From NCBI RefSeq assembly GCF_963675165.1, contig NC_087384.1, forward strand, positions 2,561,315 through 2,625,314: a DNA stretch of 64,000 bases. The letters run 5' to 3'. The stretch's first letter is position 1, and each line of letters starts with the position of its first letter. Position numbers and translations under genes: made by a program. Of this stretch, positions 1 through 13,700 are shown piece after piece. Origin of the DNA: Halichondria panicea (Eukaryota). The notes under the pieces are model-generated. The model was not told the DNA's origin and made no database searches. It saw only the letters and a list, made by a program, of their open reading frames with translations.

Positions 1-1559
1 TTGCAAAACCGCATGCAGTATTGCTGTGCCATCCTGTGGCTTACACGTCATCAAGTCGGTTAACACCCAATTGAGAATACTAATATTCATAGCAGTACTA
101 CATAATGCGCAGAACAAATTCCAGATAGGAGGCTTGCAACCCGACCTCCCGTCAGGGACGGTCGGGCTCCGCCCAACTACTTAGTTCCCTGAAATTGTGA
201 ATGTATTTGTGACTGTCAGAGGCTTCTCTTTTGCTGCCAACTTAAATGAAAAAGAAAACCATCAAGAAGTCCACTAGTTTGAGGCAATAACCATGATCAT
301 TCACATGACAAGATACATAATACACCATGTAACTTCCTTAATAATTGTTTTCACTTTTGATGAATCAATTGTACGAAGTTTCTATAGGCTGGTGAGCGTA
401 CATTTCAATTCCAATTTATTAAGTATAATTACATACACTTGGAGACAGCAAAACACTCCACAGCACTGCCAGTTGCTTTTTAAGTGTAAAACGAGTGGGA
501 TCAAACCGAACAATATTAACAAAAACTTACACGATAAAAATGATTATTATAGCTATAATTATGATTAGTTTAGCACTCTAATCAGACAGTCTTAGATGGA
601 GAGAAGCTGGTGAGGTATACAAGGGTGTATATATAGCCGGAACAGCCGATAACATTTACGAGGGCGGTGACGTGTAGGGGTGTAGAGAAGAGGGGTATTC
701 TTTTGTCTTCTTTTCTTCAGCATACTCAGTAAGTTTCGGCTTGCCAGGTATTGCTATATAAAATATAGATGAAACAGCATTTGTAGTAGATAAATATCTC
801 GGGCCTACATGCCCTTCACCACAATCTACTACCGGGCCAATAACAATTATGAGGTAAAAAAAGGTGGCTACACATTCAATCACACAAAAGCTATACATCC
901 ACCTGATCCAAAACTAATGCTCTTGGGGGAATGTATGCCTAAAATTTAAATTTCTGTAACGCTTAGCGTATTCCCAAAAAAGGGATCTTTAGTGGTGCTC
1001 TTTAATTCAACTTTTTTCTAGCACTAAATTCTACCAGCTGATGTATGACTAATTTTCTTTGGCTTGGGGTGATACCACATGATTTACCAACAAGCATATT
1101 GAAGTATACGATCTAAACATTTGTACAATACAAGATTAAACTTACCTAAATTCAATGAAGAAGATAGTTGCAACGGTAAATAGAGCTTAATGGTTATTCA
1201 CTATCTATATAAAGCACAGTTGCACTGGATACTGGAGAACTTGAATGACAGAATACTAGTGACAACTCATAAAATCCTAGATATTTGCAATAATCTCAGT
1301 TACCCGCGAAGTTCCTGGGGATCCGGGAATAGATTAGATCATTAGGCGAGGCGCGGATGTTTAATCGAGGTCATACGTGAGGTACATTGAAATCTACTCC
1401 GTTTCCAATCCCTCTATCTATGCTCTGATTAAAGAGGTCGTCAAAACATTTTCCAGTGGAAGCTCTGAGCGATCATCAAGTTACTAGAAACAACACAAAA
1501 CTAGTAGTCATTTTAAACTTCCAAAAACACTTCTAGCTCTGTGTTCTTACTCTTATATA

Positions 1560-3010
1560 ATATTTATGATGCTTCTTACCATTCTGGAGGGAGGGTAGAA
1601 GGGTTTTTTTCTTTCCAGGCCAACAAAATCTCACAAAATAATAAGGCCAATGTTAATCAATGTCTTGTTTCTGGTTACCTCCCTCCTAGTTGGGCGGAGT
1701 CCAACCAACGCTGCGCTCTGGGTTGGGTTAGCCTCTACACAGGCTCTCCTTTTTCTGTTCTTTATCACAATCGTTCAATAAGATAAAATACTGTCTTAAT
1801 CGTTCAATGAGATAAAATACGGTATTAATTGAAGGAATAAAGAAAGAAATAGACGTAGAGTTAGGAAAAAGGAGACTTACTTTTTTCTTAACTGTACGCC
1901 CATTTCTTTCTTTGCTGCCTCACTATGTCTTTCTTGTGATTTATGGATGAACAGTGACAACAGCAAGAAAAAGTAAGGCCTGGGAACGAGGCTAGGGTTG
2001 GGTATCAGTACACATAGCAGTTTTGTTCCACCGGTACTTGAGACAGAGTATGAATATTGTTTAATCTTTAAGTGGCTGACAACCGCATGGCTCAGGGGTG
2101 CGATATAAAGAAATCAATTAACTATTTGGATGGCTATTCTAGCTGACTGGATCTAGCTATAGTTGTTTTGGAATTCAAGAAAGACCTCAGACTCTTAGAG
2201 AAAGTAGAAGAATACTGTAGCCTGTAATATAAGATTTAGTACAGGCAGAAATAAACTTTTTCATAATAGTTAGACATCTAGCACAAGGAGAGGTACAGCC
2301 AGCTATAAGACTACCCCAAGGCTTCTGAGAAGCTTTTCGAAGACCAAAGAAGGCATACATAACACAGGTTTTGTCCAAACTAATGATCTAATCTTATTGG
2401 TAGCACAACAAAACTTAAAACAAAGACAAGTCCTTTTAATTAATTAATACATACTGTTCAAGCTTCATTCATAGATGCTAAGATAGACTATGCTTCTTTT
2501 CTAGTAGCCTAGATATCCAGCAGGAGCTGTTTCTGCATTCTCCAGAGAAATACAGTGTCCCAGCTCGCCTTGTCAGCTAAATTGAGCTGTAAGGTTTCCC
2601 ACTTGAACGCAGCAATCTGATTGGGCTGCAAATTTCTTGCAGTGGGAACAAAACTGCTACATACTGATACCCAACCGTGAGCGAAGCGTTGGTTGGACTC
2701 CGCCCAACTACCTCCCTCCTCAAATTTCACTGCCTCATCAAAAAACTCATTATTATGACATCACTCCATTATTTCATTAGCCACACCTACTTGTGGGTGT
2801 GTCACATGATAAATTGAAGCATAGATTAGGTAAGATTTTCCTTTTTCATATTTGTGGTTTTATTGTATATCCAGTGTGGTTATTTTAATTAACAGGAAAT
2901 GGGGTTTTACAGGAAGTGATGTCACAATAATGAATAATGATAACCTCCCTCCCTCACTAGTGGTAAGGTGATTTCCAAACCAGAAACAAGACATTGACAA
3001 ACACTGGCCT
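1560..3010. repeat. Composite repeat region with large inverted copies, 1560..2050 against 2520..3010. The 60-bp core (gagggaggtagttgggcggagtccaaccaacgc) contains a tRNA B-box-like motif GGTTGGACTCC. A third partial copy of the core lies at 120..185. It may be a tRNA-derived SINE or foldback element.
   Basis: ggccaatgttaatcaatgtcttgtttctggt at 1650 is the inverted complement of accagaaacaagacattgacaaacactggcc at 2975. The core cctccctcctagttgggcggagtccaaccaacgctgcgctc at 1690 matches gagcgaagcgttggttggactccgcccaactacctccctcc at 2660 in inverted orientation. ggttgggtatcagtac is present in both orientations. The spurious ORFs 1541..1786 and 2509..2730 lie inside these copies. Confidence 0.6.
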
Positions 3011-4769
3011 AATATGTAGACAAACTCCACTTAAAAAAATACATACCGTAAAATTTACTTTACTAGAGATGTCAGACCGGAAGTAGTGCGTGGGCGTATT
3101 TTAAAAAACGGGACCAGAAAGTGAGTGAACAAGAAGGGCTTTCCGCAAGCCCTGGAAGAGTCTAGCAAACAACAGCTGTTCCCAGGGGTAAAAAATAGCG
3201 TAGAATTTGATTTTTATAACAGTTTTTTATGATTTTAGCATTTGATGCTTGTTTTGTGTGTGATTTTTTCTCAAAGGTGATCATCATTTTGGCAACCAAA
3301 CATGAAAATGAACAAAAACACAAGTGAGCATGTCTTTCATCTCTAACTCTCTCCAGATTATGCAAAAAGTTGCTACAATAAGCTTTTATTTCTTGCGGAA
3401 TCACATATTGCATGGATAGATGGGTGGAGCTGAGAATAGAAATGCTGTAAAATCAAGCCAAGTGTACCAATAGCTGTATTTATTTCTTAGAAGTTCTTAG
3501 AAGTTACTGAAAGTAATTATTGAAGCAATCTGAAAGCCTCTGTTGAAAAGAAACAAGAAAGATTGGAGAGAATTCCAGGGACAACAATGTAATCTACCAA
3601 AACTATTAAATTGCAAGAACTGATTCAATTTGCACACAAAAAAAGACAAGAGTAATCTACTGTATTAATTAGAAGCTGTCAACAGAGTTGTATATCATAG
3701 ATTTATAGTTGTATAGCCTTAAATTTACATCACACTAAAAAACGAATTATTTAGACCAAATGAAATTGACAGAAAAGTTGCTTATAAAGATCAAGAAACA
3801 GATAGCGTAAGGTGGACATTGATGAGAGTTCTGAAACATGATACAATAATATACTGAAAAGATAGCATGGTTACTTTAAATCCAAAAGAACTCTCTGAAG
3901 CAGGAGACATCATACTATTATAGGGACATCATAAAGATATACATTACAGAAACATTATAAACTTCATAAAATAGATATCAAATGGTTACAATGTTAACTC
4001 CTGAGTCCTGAGTGTCCATTTCATACTTTTTCTTTTTTAAAAGAGAATAGACCAGATATGCTAACTTTAAGATCATTTCCGGTATTAACAACAAATTTCA
4101 TAAGTCCCGCCCAAGTACATTAAAATGTAGTAAATTTTTGTACGAATTTTTCCCTGGCTAATGTTCTTCAAAACGCTGTATCTCTGCATTCGCTTGACCA
4201 AATCCAGTGCAGTAAAGTTTTTCTGGTTTGCCTAGAGTGTTCAAAAGAGATAGTAATACATAGGAGTTAGAAATAGCAAAAATGAAAATCGGTCTGACAT
4301 CGCTAACTTTACATTGTATTGCATGATTGGTCACAGTAATTATATTCATGGCATGCTGTAGTATCACATGAACTGTTTGTTTCTCAGAATAAGATTTTCA
4401 TTTTTGGCATGCACTTGATATAATTAGGTCTATTTTTAGTACAAAGTCTGTATTCCTTACAAGAGTATAGAGTGTATTGTCTCCTAGCTGCACATAGATC
4501 TGTTATAGCTGTTAGGATCCAGCTGAACTACATACCCAGATTTATTCTTACTGCTAGACTAGTAGATTTATCATGAATCAGGTGAGTTTGTAGTTCCCTA
4601 CATGTGTATTATTTTATCAATACGTATAGATCTATAGTTGTTTATATCCACTGTGTGGTGTAGTTGCATACGGGTTTTCTATATTTAGTCTATAATTATA
4701 CTGCCATGGGAACCATAATTATAGAGTCTATAAGATCATCCCCACTATACTTTTATAGCTCACTTCGGC

Positions 4770-7700
4770 ATGATGGCTGGGTCAGAGCAGTTTGGACAGA
4801 GGAGGCCTCCCCTGTCTGTTACCATAAGGGGTATTCTTGAGAGGTACCCTGATGGACAAATCTTCAAGGTGCAGGATATAGTTGTGTATTATTATATCTC
4901 ATAATTATTAGGGGGACAATGAAACTACTTGATTCTCAGGGCCCATACATCCGCTTTGTTTTTGACACCGCTTGCTTCTTATTTTTATTGCAATGGACTG
5001 TAAAGATCGTCTAATAATCAAGTTTTGGTATTTTTTATGCAGTAAATTAATGTTGTGACCGTTTTTTGCATGCTGAATGCCAAGAATTTAAAGAAGGATT
5101 CTTGATGAAAGGGGCCTGAAAACCATGCAATTTACTTTGTCTGGCCCAGCTTGTAATTATTAAGTTACCTAGCTGTTTCAGCCCTAATTCTTACTGTATG
5201 TACCGTATATGCTCGATCAGAGGCCGCTCTTGTATAAAGGCCGCACTCAAATAGTATAGCCTCCCTTGCTAGCAAAATAAAACATTTAGTAGCCGCTCTC
5301 AAATAGTAGCCTCAGTGAACTTTGACTCTAGCATTTCTGCACGTGGCAGCCAAAAAAATTATTACTACACTGTAGTACATGTACACTAGCAGCTAGCTAC
5401 ATGTACGTAGCTATGAGTAGCAGCTTGTTAGGCTTCACAAAGACTTTCTCATGGCAGAGTTCAAGTTTATGCAGGTGAAAACAACTTTTGATGACAAACT
5501 AAATTATCTGGAGCTAATAAACGCCGCTCTTGAACAGTGGCCCCTCTTGAATTGTAGCCTCCTCTTCCAGCAAAATGAAACATTTAGTAGCCGCGGCTCC
5601 TGATCAAGCATATACGGTATGTTGCCAAAATATGATTGTTGCATGTGGCTATATATGGAATCAATATCATCCCCCCCTGCAGCAAGAAGTACAATTAGTT
5701 TTTGTTTACACATTGTTGGACACAAACGTTACTGTGTGATGTGCAGTGTGTGCAGTGGTGCGATGCATTGTGCTCAGCAGCAGAACTGGGGCATTATAAT
5801 TATAGTTCCACACTATATAATAGACCCAGAAAAATGTCTCACCCCTTTTCAAGCTATAATTCATTTATTCAGTGCTAGTAACATCTATAGATAGTATAAT
5901 ACTATTATGTAGGAGATAATCCAGAATGCTGATGATGCTGGAGCTAAGACTGTGTGGTTCTATGTTGATGAGAGGCAACACGGCATTGCCAACCTCCCTC
6001 ACTCTGACCTGGCTAACTTCCAGGGACCAGCTTTAGTGGCTGCCAATGATGCATGCTTCACAAGCGATGACTGGAAGGGAATACAGAGCTTGCAGCAGAG
6101 TATCAAGGCCGAGGACCCTTTCAAAGTTGGAAGCTTTGGAATCGGATTCAACTCTGTGTACCATCTCACTGGTGAGTCAATTGATTTTTGATTTCAGTAA
6201 TAGTATGTGCATGTTGAGCCAAATCAGACAACCATGTAGAGTTTTAGGCATCATTCAACTTTGGTTATTCTTAAATTTCAGAGGTGTGCTTATATTTAAC
6301 TTAGCAAGCACATATAATAATTATGTAACCTAGCTAGCATGTCTTGTGTCTAGTAGGTGAAATAGGCATGCGTCAATGTATGCACAACAGCACGAATGAT
6401 GCTTTCACTGAAGGGCAACAAGTTAAGCATATATGAGAGCATGCATCCATTTAGTCTCATGGCACTTAGGACAGTATATATAATTATTTATATCATACAG
6501 GATTTTAAAGTAGAGTGGGGTGAGTCACCAGAACATTTGCTAAAAATTTGTCAACTGTAATTTCAATACCTGTTAGTATGTAACCAGAACATTTTGCTAA
6601 AAAATGGTCAACTATACCTATTAGTATAATTATATGCGACCTGAGCACCCGGCCTCCTACTGATATTCCTAGAAACGCCACTGAATTTAGTTAGGGTTAT
6701 ACATAATAGGGTTGAGTTAAGCAAACAATGGTATCATACGATTCTAGCTAGTCATTCGCATTCAAATTTCAGAGCTGCTCATTGCATACTGGTGGGGGAC
6801 ATTACTTCAATCTCTTCACAATAATCAGGCAAATAGTCGAGTTGATTCACTTGGATTCTTTACTCACAGTTAACAAATTTTCCGCAAGCTTGTGCAAACA
6901 TCATCAATTGCGAGTATATAGCTCACATGCAATTGACAGGATGTCATGTTACTTTGTGTACAGTTTTTGTGTAGAGCTAACATGCAGTAGTTCGACACGT
7001 ACTCTTCTCTTCTGATTGCAGTGTGTTATAGGTACATTTTTTTTATTATAGCTTACCCCTATTCTCCCTTTTCAGACCTGCCAATAATTGTCAGTGGCAA
7101 TCGATTAGCTTGTTTCGATCCCCAAGAACAAATATGGACCGGTAGTGCAGGCCAGGCATTCAATATAGCTAGCCTTATCAATCAGTCTTCTGATCTTGTT
7201 ACCCCGCTCAATGGCTTAGCAGACTTTGATCCTAACTTGGCTCGTCATGGCAGGTACTCAAATACAATCTTCCGACTACCACTACGCTCAGCAGTATCTA
7301 ATCTCTCTGACAATATTTACAGCACTCAAAAGCTTTGGGAGCTCCTCAATGCCCTCAGGAAGGAAGCAAAATACCTGCTTCTTTTTTTGAAATCAGTGTG
7401 TAAAATCAAAGTGATACACATCTCACCTTACGGTCGACACAGCATGTTATTCTGTGTAGAAATAGCTCCAGATAGTCTAGCCTTGGTTTGCTCTAAACGA
7501 GATCTTTTTAAGCAGCAACTCCAGCAAGCTCACATTCTAGAGCCATACTCTATTTCCAATATGATCATTTCTTTCACAGCCACTTTCTCGGTGGTTGTGA
7601 CTGACAACAACTCTCAGGGTCATTTTGTTGACACGAGTAAGTGGATGATAGCTAACAGTGTTGGATCAGCAGACTCTACTGTACAAGCAGCTGCAGCCAA

Positions 7701-10700
7701 GCAGCATACATTTCCTTGGGTTGGCACAGTGTTGGAGTTAGGTGGTAGTTCTGTTGGGGGTCGTATATTTTGTTTCCTTCCCATGCCTGTCGAGGCTCCA
7801 TGTGGTCTACCGGTTCATGTCAACGGAACATTCGGGCTCAATGACGACAGGCGTACTCTAAAATGGCCAGGAATTGAAAGAAGGAACGATCCCACAGCAA
7901 ATTGGAACAAGATTCTTGTTAGTCAACTCCTCCCACCTTGTTATGCCATGTTACTCATGGAGGCTAAAAACTACATTTCTCGTGATCAGTTCTACAACGC
8001 CTGGCCTGATGTGAATGCTGTCAATAGCACACAGTTCTATGAGATTCTTCATCCTTTGTTTACTTTATTGCTTCAACAAGCAGTTTTTTGGACAGAAAAC
8101 ATTGAACTACATCAAGGAAGCTGGATTATCAAATCTCAAGCAACTTTCATTAATGAAGACGAAAGTGTTCTTCCCTCCTTTATGCAACAAGTGCTCAAAA
8201 ACTGTTCCATCCAGCTAGTCTCTGTTCCTGCCAAAATATGGGTAGCACTGCGGTATGCTAAGGCTGGGGTCACAGAGGTGTCCCCTAGGCTAGCCCGCTC
8301 AAAGATTCGCTCTTACCCAAGAAGTTATGCTAGCACTGATCTGATCAGCAAAAGAGTGATTCTGACCTACTGTTTGTCTGACAGTTTGTACAGTGATCTT
8401 AGTGGATTGAATCTTCTTCCCCTAGCAAATGGTAATTTCACAACCTTTGATGCAGTAGGTCAGATTGTGTACCTTTGCTCAGATGATTGTCCACGATCCT
8501 TGCTCCCTAACTTGGACCACTTGCTTGTCGATACATCAGATGATACAAAACTTCAAGAAAGTCTTTGTTATGTGGCTGCTAGTCAACAAACAAAGCTTCG
8601 ACTTCTTACTGAGAGAGACATTGCTAATCTTCTCTCACAAGCTCTCCCATCAAGCAGAAACAGTCTGGTGTCTATGCCCCAATCTAAGATTCCTTCTACT
8701 TGGCTTCAGACCTTCTGGGATTGGCTGCAGAAGAAAAATCTACAAAGTTTTGTCGGCCAGCTTCTGGTTCCTTGCTATATCTCCACATCCAGCTCAAAAC
8801 GAAACTTTCACCTTTCTCCCCTTAAATATACACAGGCTGTGATTTTTGTCAACAAGTATTCATCTTGCTCAGGCAATTTGCTCTCTGCTATCTACAAAAT
8901 GAATATCAGAGTTTGCCTGCAAAGTGAATTTAGCTATGTACATCACAGGCAACTATTAGCACATGTAAGGCAGCTCGACACAAACAACTTATTGGATGCC
9001 ATAGCTGCACCATGGTCAAATTACGAAGGAGTTGTCTTCTCGTCCCAGGAAGCAAATAGTATGAGAGAGTTTCTCGTACTTAGTGCATATACTCCTTCTA
9101 TGTCAAGAGAGAATATTTTAAGGAACATTTGCATATTCTCATCTGCACCAAACTCATCCGAAAACCTGTTTTCTATTAACACAGCAGAATCGAAATCGGT
9201 AACGAGACAAGTAATAGGAGAACCTGACAAATGTGCTTTCAATATTGCCAACCTGCCTTCAAACCTCATAATTTTATCCCGAAAGAACCATTATCAGCTA
9301 CAATTGTTACGCTCCCTAGGTATTCCATTTGTTTCTGATGTCAGACTTCTTGTCAATCATGTGTTTCCACTCATTAAAAGTAGGGCTGTCCCTGACCATC
9401 TCATCGACAAACTAATGCCTGAAGTGTTGGATATGTTCCAAGTCCTTAACTCCAGAGAACACAATATGGCCAGTCACCTTGAGAGTTTGAAATTTGTGAA
9501 GACATATAATGGGCGAAAGAGTCCTTCAGAACTCTTCACTCCTTTTGATGATGATATTGTGGGTTTGTATAGTGGAGAAAATGTATTTCCAAAGGCTCCT
9601 TACAACACATATGAGCGAGTTCTAACTTTACGAAGCTGTGGTCTCAGTGTCACAGTTACCCCACAACAAGTCCTTGACATTATCTACTCCATAAGTTGTT
9701 CTTGCAGTTCATATCCACAACGTGTTGACAGCTTGAAGCTGAACAGGGCAAGAGCAGTGCTCAAGTACATAAGTACACCTACATTTTACAATCAAACTGG
9801 TGGACAGTATGTAGTAGCCAACGATGAGTATCAATATTATATTTTCTCAACTGCTCTCAACCATCTAGCTACCAGTCGGAGCTGGCTTCCAATTTACAGC
9901 AATAAGCCTTTAGGCTATCCTGACGAAATTTCATGGAAAGGACACCTCCTCAATTCACATTTTATCTCTCTGAGCAACTCAATAGTTTTATCACCCTTGA
10001 TGGAAAGTACTCTTCCCTGCCTAGTAGGCTCACAGGTCTATATTGTGTCACCTTTTGTCGCCGATTATATTGCTAATATACTACCGACGGACTCTAGCAG
10101 TCTTTCACACTATGTGGTGGCTCACTATAAAGAGATACTCACACACAAGAATAAACTCTCCCTGGATGATATAAACTCGCTTGTTATGCAAGTGTATGCG
10201 TACATGAATAGTCAAGGTGTCTCCTATCTTGCCTTGTTGTACTCGATTACAGAATGGATATACATCAAGAAAAAGAGGAGGTTTGTAGCTCCAGCTGTAG
10301 TAGCATTAGAGCATAACTCTGCATTCAAACGTGACCTTGAGCCGTACATTTACGTTCTACCCGACACCCTATCACAATACACCACACTCTTTGGCTCAGC
10401 TTCCAGAGTCGCGAAAACTATTAGTACAGCTCAGATAGTATCTGTTCTCAAATTCATCAGAAATGATGTACAACCTAATGATCACCAAACAAATGCTCCA
10501 GAAGCCTGGAATACGGTCATGGGCATTCTAAACTGGCTTACAAGCAATGGAAACCGGAGCGTTCCCGATAACGTTAGGCCAGAAGATGTCCTTGTACCAG
10601 TAGAAACACAGTTTGCATGGCCCAAGCTAGTTCAAGCTACAGATGTAGTGTACACAGACAGTGAATTCCTGAAGGATTGCCTGCAATCATCTGAAGAAAA

Positions 10701-13700
10701 GCATTCCTACCAATTTGTGCATAACCACATTTCTGGTAGCCTCGCACATTACCTCGGTGCAGCCCCATTGTCAGAGCACTTGGACATTTCTGAGGACATG
10801 TTTGAAGATGCTGGTCAGCACGAACCACTTACCACTCGATTGAAGAATATCCTCCGAGACTACAAAGACGGACTCACTATTATCAAGGAGCTGCTGCAGA
10901 ATGCTGACGATGCAGAGGCTACTGAAGTGAATATTTGCTATGATGCTAGGCAGCATGAAATAAATCCTAAGAAACTGTTCTTCTCAGGAATGGGTGAAGT
11001 TCACGGTCCTGCTCTTATCGTTCACAACGATCAAACTTTCACTGATGATGACTTTATGAATATAACTAAGCTAGCTGCTGCAACCAAGCATGACAAGGCC
11101 CTCAAGATTGGAAAATTTGGAATTGGATTTTGCTCCGTGTACCACATGACAGATGCTCCATCCTTCATTAGTCGAGATCGCTTGTACATATTTGATCCCA
11201 CTCTTTCTTACTTGAAGAAAGAAGTGAAAAATCCTGGCCAGCCTGGAAAGAAAACCAAGTTTACACACAGGCTTATATCTGGCTCAAAGCAGTTAGACCC
11301 ATACATAGGTCTGTTTGGATTCGAAAGAACACAAAATTACAAAGGTACAATGTTCAGATTACCTTTCCGCACAAATGGCAGTGTGCTTAGTGGGACCTGC
11401 TACACTGAAGAGACTGTACGAGAGCTTGTGTCAGCCATTAAAGAAAATAGCTCCAGCTTACTTCTGTTTCTGCAGCATGTGAAAACAATCACAGTCCAGC
11501 GAATAGATCCTGGTCAGACTGCTCCTGTAGTCCTGTTAAAAATATGCCGCGATAGTGAGGTTCACCTCCCTATTTCTCTACCTCCTGGAGTTGAAATTCG
11601 AAATTTGTCTTGTGTTGAGCCACAAGCTGCAAGTGAGAACTGTCATTGGCTGCTTTCCCAAGCCATTGAAAGAGATCACCAACAACGGTACTACACTGCC
11701 ACAGTTGCTTGTCCGCTAGGCAATTATGGTAACTACAGCGTGGACGCATGTTTCCAAGGAGAGATATTTTGTTTCCTACCGCTCTCTCAAAAGACAGGGC
11801 TACCAGTACACATCAGTAGTAACTTTGCTGTGATCCACAATCGTCGAGGCATCTGGACTTCTGACGAAGCCACGTCACAGACTAGTAGAGAAGTCACATG
11901 GAATATCACTCTAATGCAAGGGGTCATTCCAAGAGCTTATCATACACTTTTGATGGCATTGAAAGAAATGAAAAATGACCAAATCCAGAGCTATGTTTTT
12001 CATGATTTGTGGCCACAAAATACAAACTTATTGCAGCGGAACCCATGGAAGTATATGGTAACACAACTGTATGTACTGATTTCGTCAGACCAACTATTCT
12101 ACTCAGAATACTTTAAACAATGGTTTCATGTCAAACAAAGTAGATTTATTGCTCCTGGAATCTTGTGTCAATCATCAGAACAAACATCAACTCCTGAATG
12201 TGTTACTGGGGTGGTCAAGTATATAAACCAGCCAATTGTTGATCTACCCATCACATTCCATTCTTACTTCAATTTAAAAGAAGTTACAATTGATGAACCT
12301 GCTTTCACTGAACTCTTCTTTCAGAACTTAAGCTCTCTTGGGTCAATCCTCAGCACTCGCTCTGAGGTCATTCAGCACATGCTTGAGGTGTATGCAGCTG
12401 AGTATGATGATGGGTCAGAACGGAGCTACTCATTGGATGACTACTTCAAGAATTATGCCTCCATACCATGTACCCCTGACGGCAAAGTCCTCAGAAAGTG
12501 CAATGAAGTTGTTGACTGTGATGCTGACTTTTCCCCCCTGTACGATAAATCTGAGAGCTATTTTCCTATTGACAAACTATCGGAAAGGCATCTTTCTGTT
12601 ACAGCATTGCATGAGCTTGGCATGATTAGTGAAGCTATTCCGTACGATATGCTAGTGGAGCGTGCGCGTAGTATTCCAGCTCTGTATTTATCCAATAAAA
12701 CAAAGGCTTTGAAGCGTGCACAACTAATTCTGTCATCATGTACCAAAGTTGAGAGTTTCGAAGTTTTACCACCTATAAAACGAAAAAAAGCTAAATCTCG
12801 AAACGTGTCGTACCAGACAGCCATCAGTGGGGAACTATCCTCCATTCCATTTTTACCAGTGCTCCCAAAACCGACAGGATATATTCTTCCATGGAAGGGA
12901 GATGGACATGAACTAATGTGTGGTGAAGACTTGATGATCGTACGTACTAATGGGTATAGAGAAGGTACTGGTATTAATCTAAGTATCGCTGGGTCCCAAA
13001 TTGCATTCGTGAATGAAGCTTTTGTTACAGATGGAGGCTGTGGGTTTATCACCCAAAGCAGTCTGCCTATGTTGAGGTTACGGCAGTCACCTTCAATGGA
13101 TGAAGCTATCGCACAACTTGCTGAAATTCAACAAGTGTTTGAAACACAACCCGTTACCGAACATTTAGTGAAAACCATTGATAAAATGTGCCACCAAGTG
13201 TATGGTTTCCTTGACAAACAACTTGAACTTGAGACAACATGTAAATCAGAAGACAGTACTCAGAAGAGTGTTCAGCACTTGCCAATAGAATCTGTATGGA
13301 CTGGTATGCGGTTTGTCAGCAAAGAGGTTGTTGGAAGCGACTGGAGTGTAGACGGTCCTTATCTGTACAAATTGCCAGCAAGTCTATCATCTAAAATATA
13401 TTTGATAGAATCTTTGCAGTTAAAGAAACAGTTTTGCCTGAAAGATATTGAGATAACTCTTATAGCGATGAAGAGAGACTTCCAAGACGAACCAGTGAAT
13501 GAGCGATGTCAAACTGTGCTATATTCTATTGTCACTTTACTTCACCAAGTCGAACTAAATATAGCAGCCACCCCCACACTTATGCTTCCTGATGAAATGT
13601 TTGTTCTGCACGAGTCAAACAAACTGGCCTATAATGACGTAGACTGGGCACCGAAGGACCCAAAACACACTTACGTACATGACATCATCCCACCAACCCT

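Noticed and set aside
1541-2730. ORFs 1541..1786 (plus strand) and 2509..2730 (minus strand), which share the peptide SWAESNQR-A-GWVS
   Set aside because: They are translations of the two inverted copies of a repeat element, not genes.
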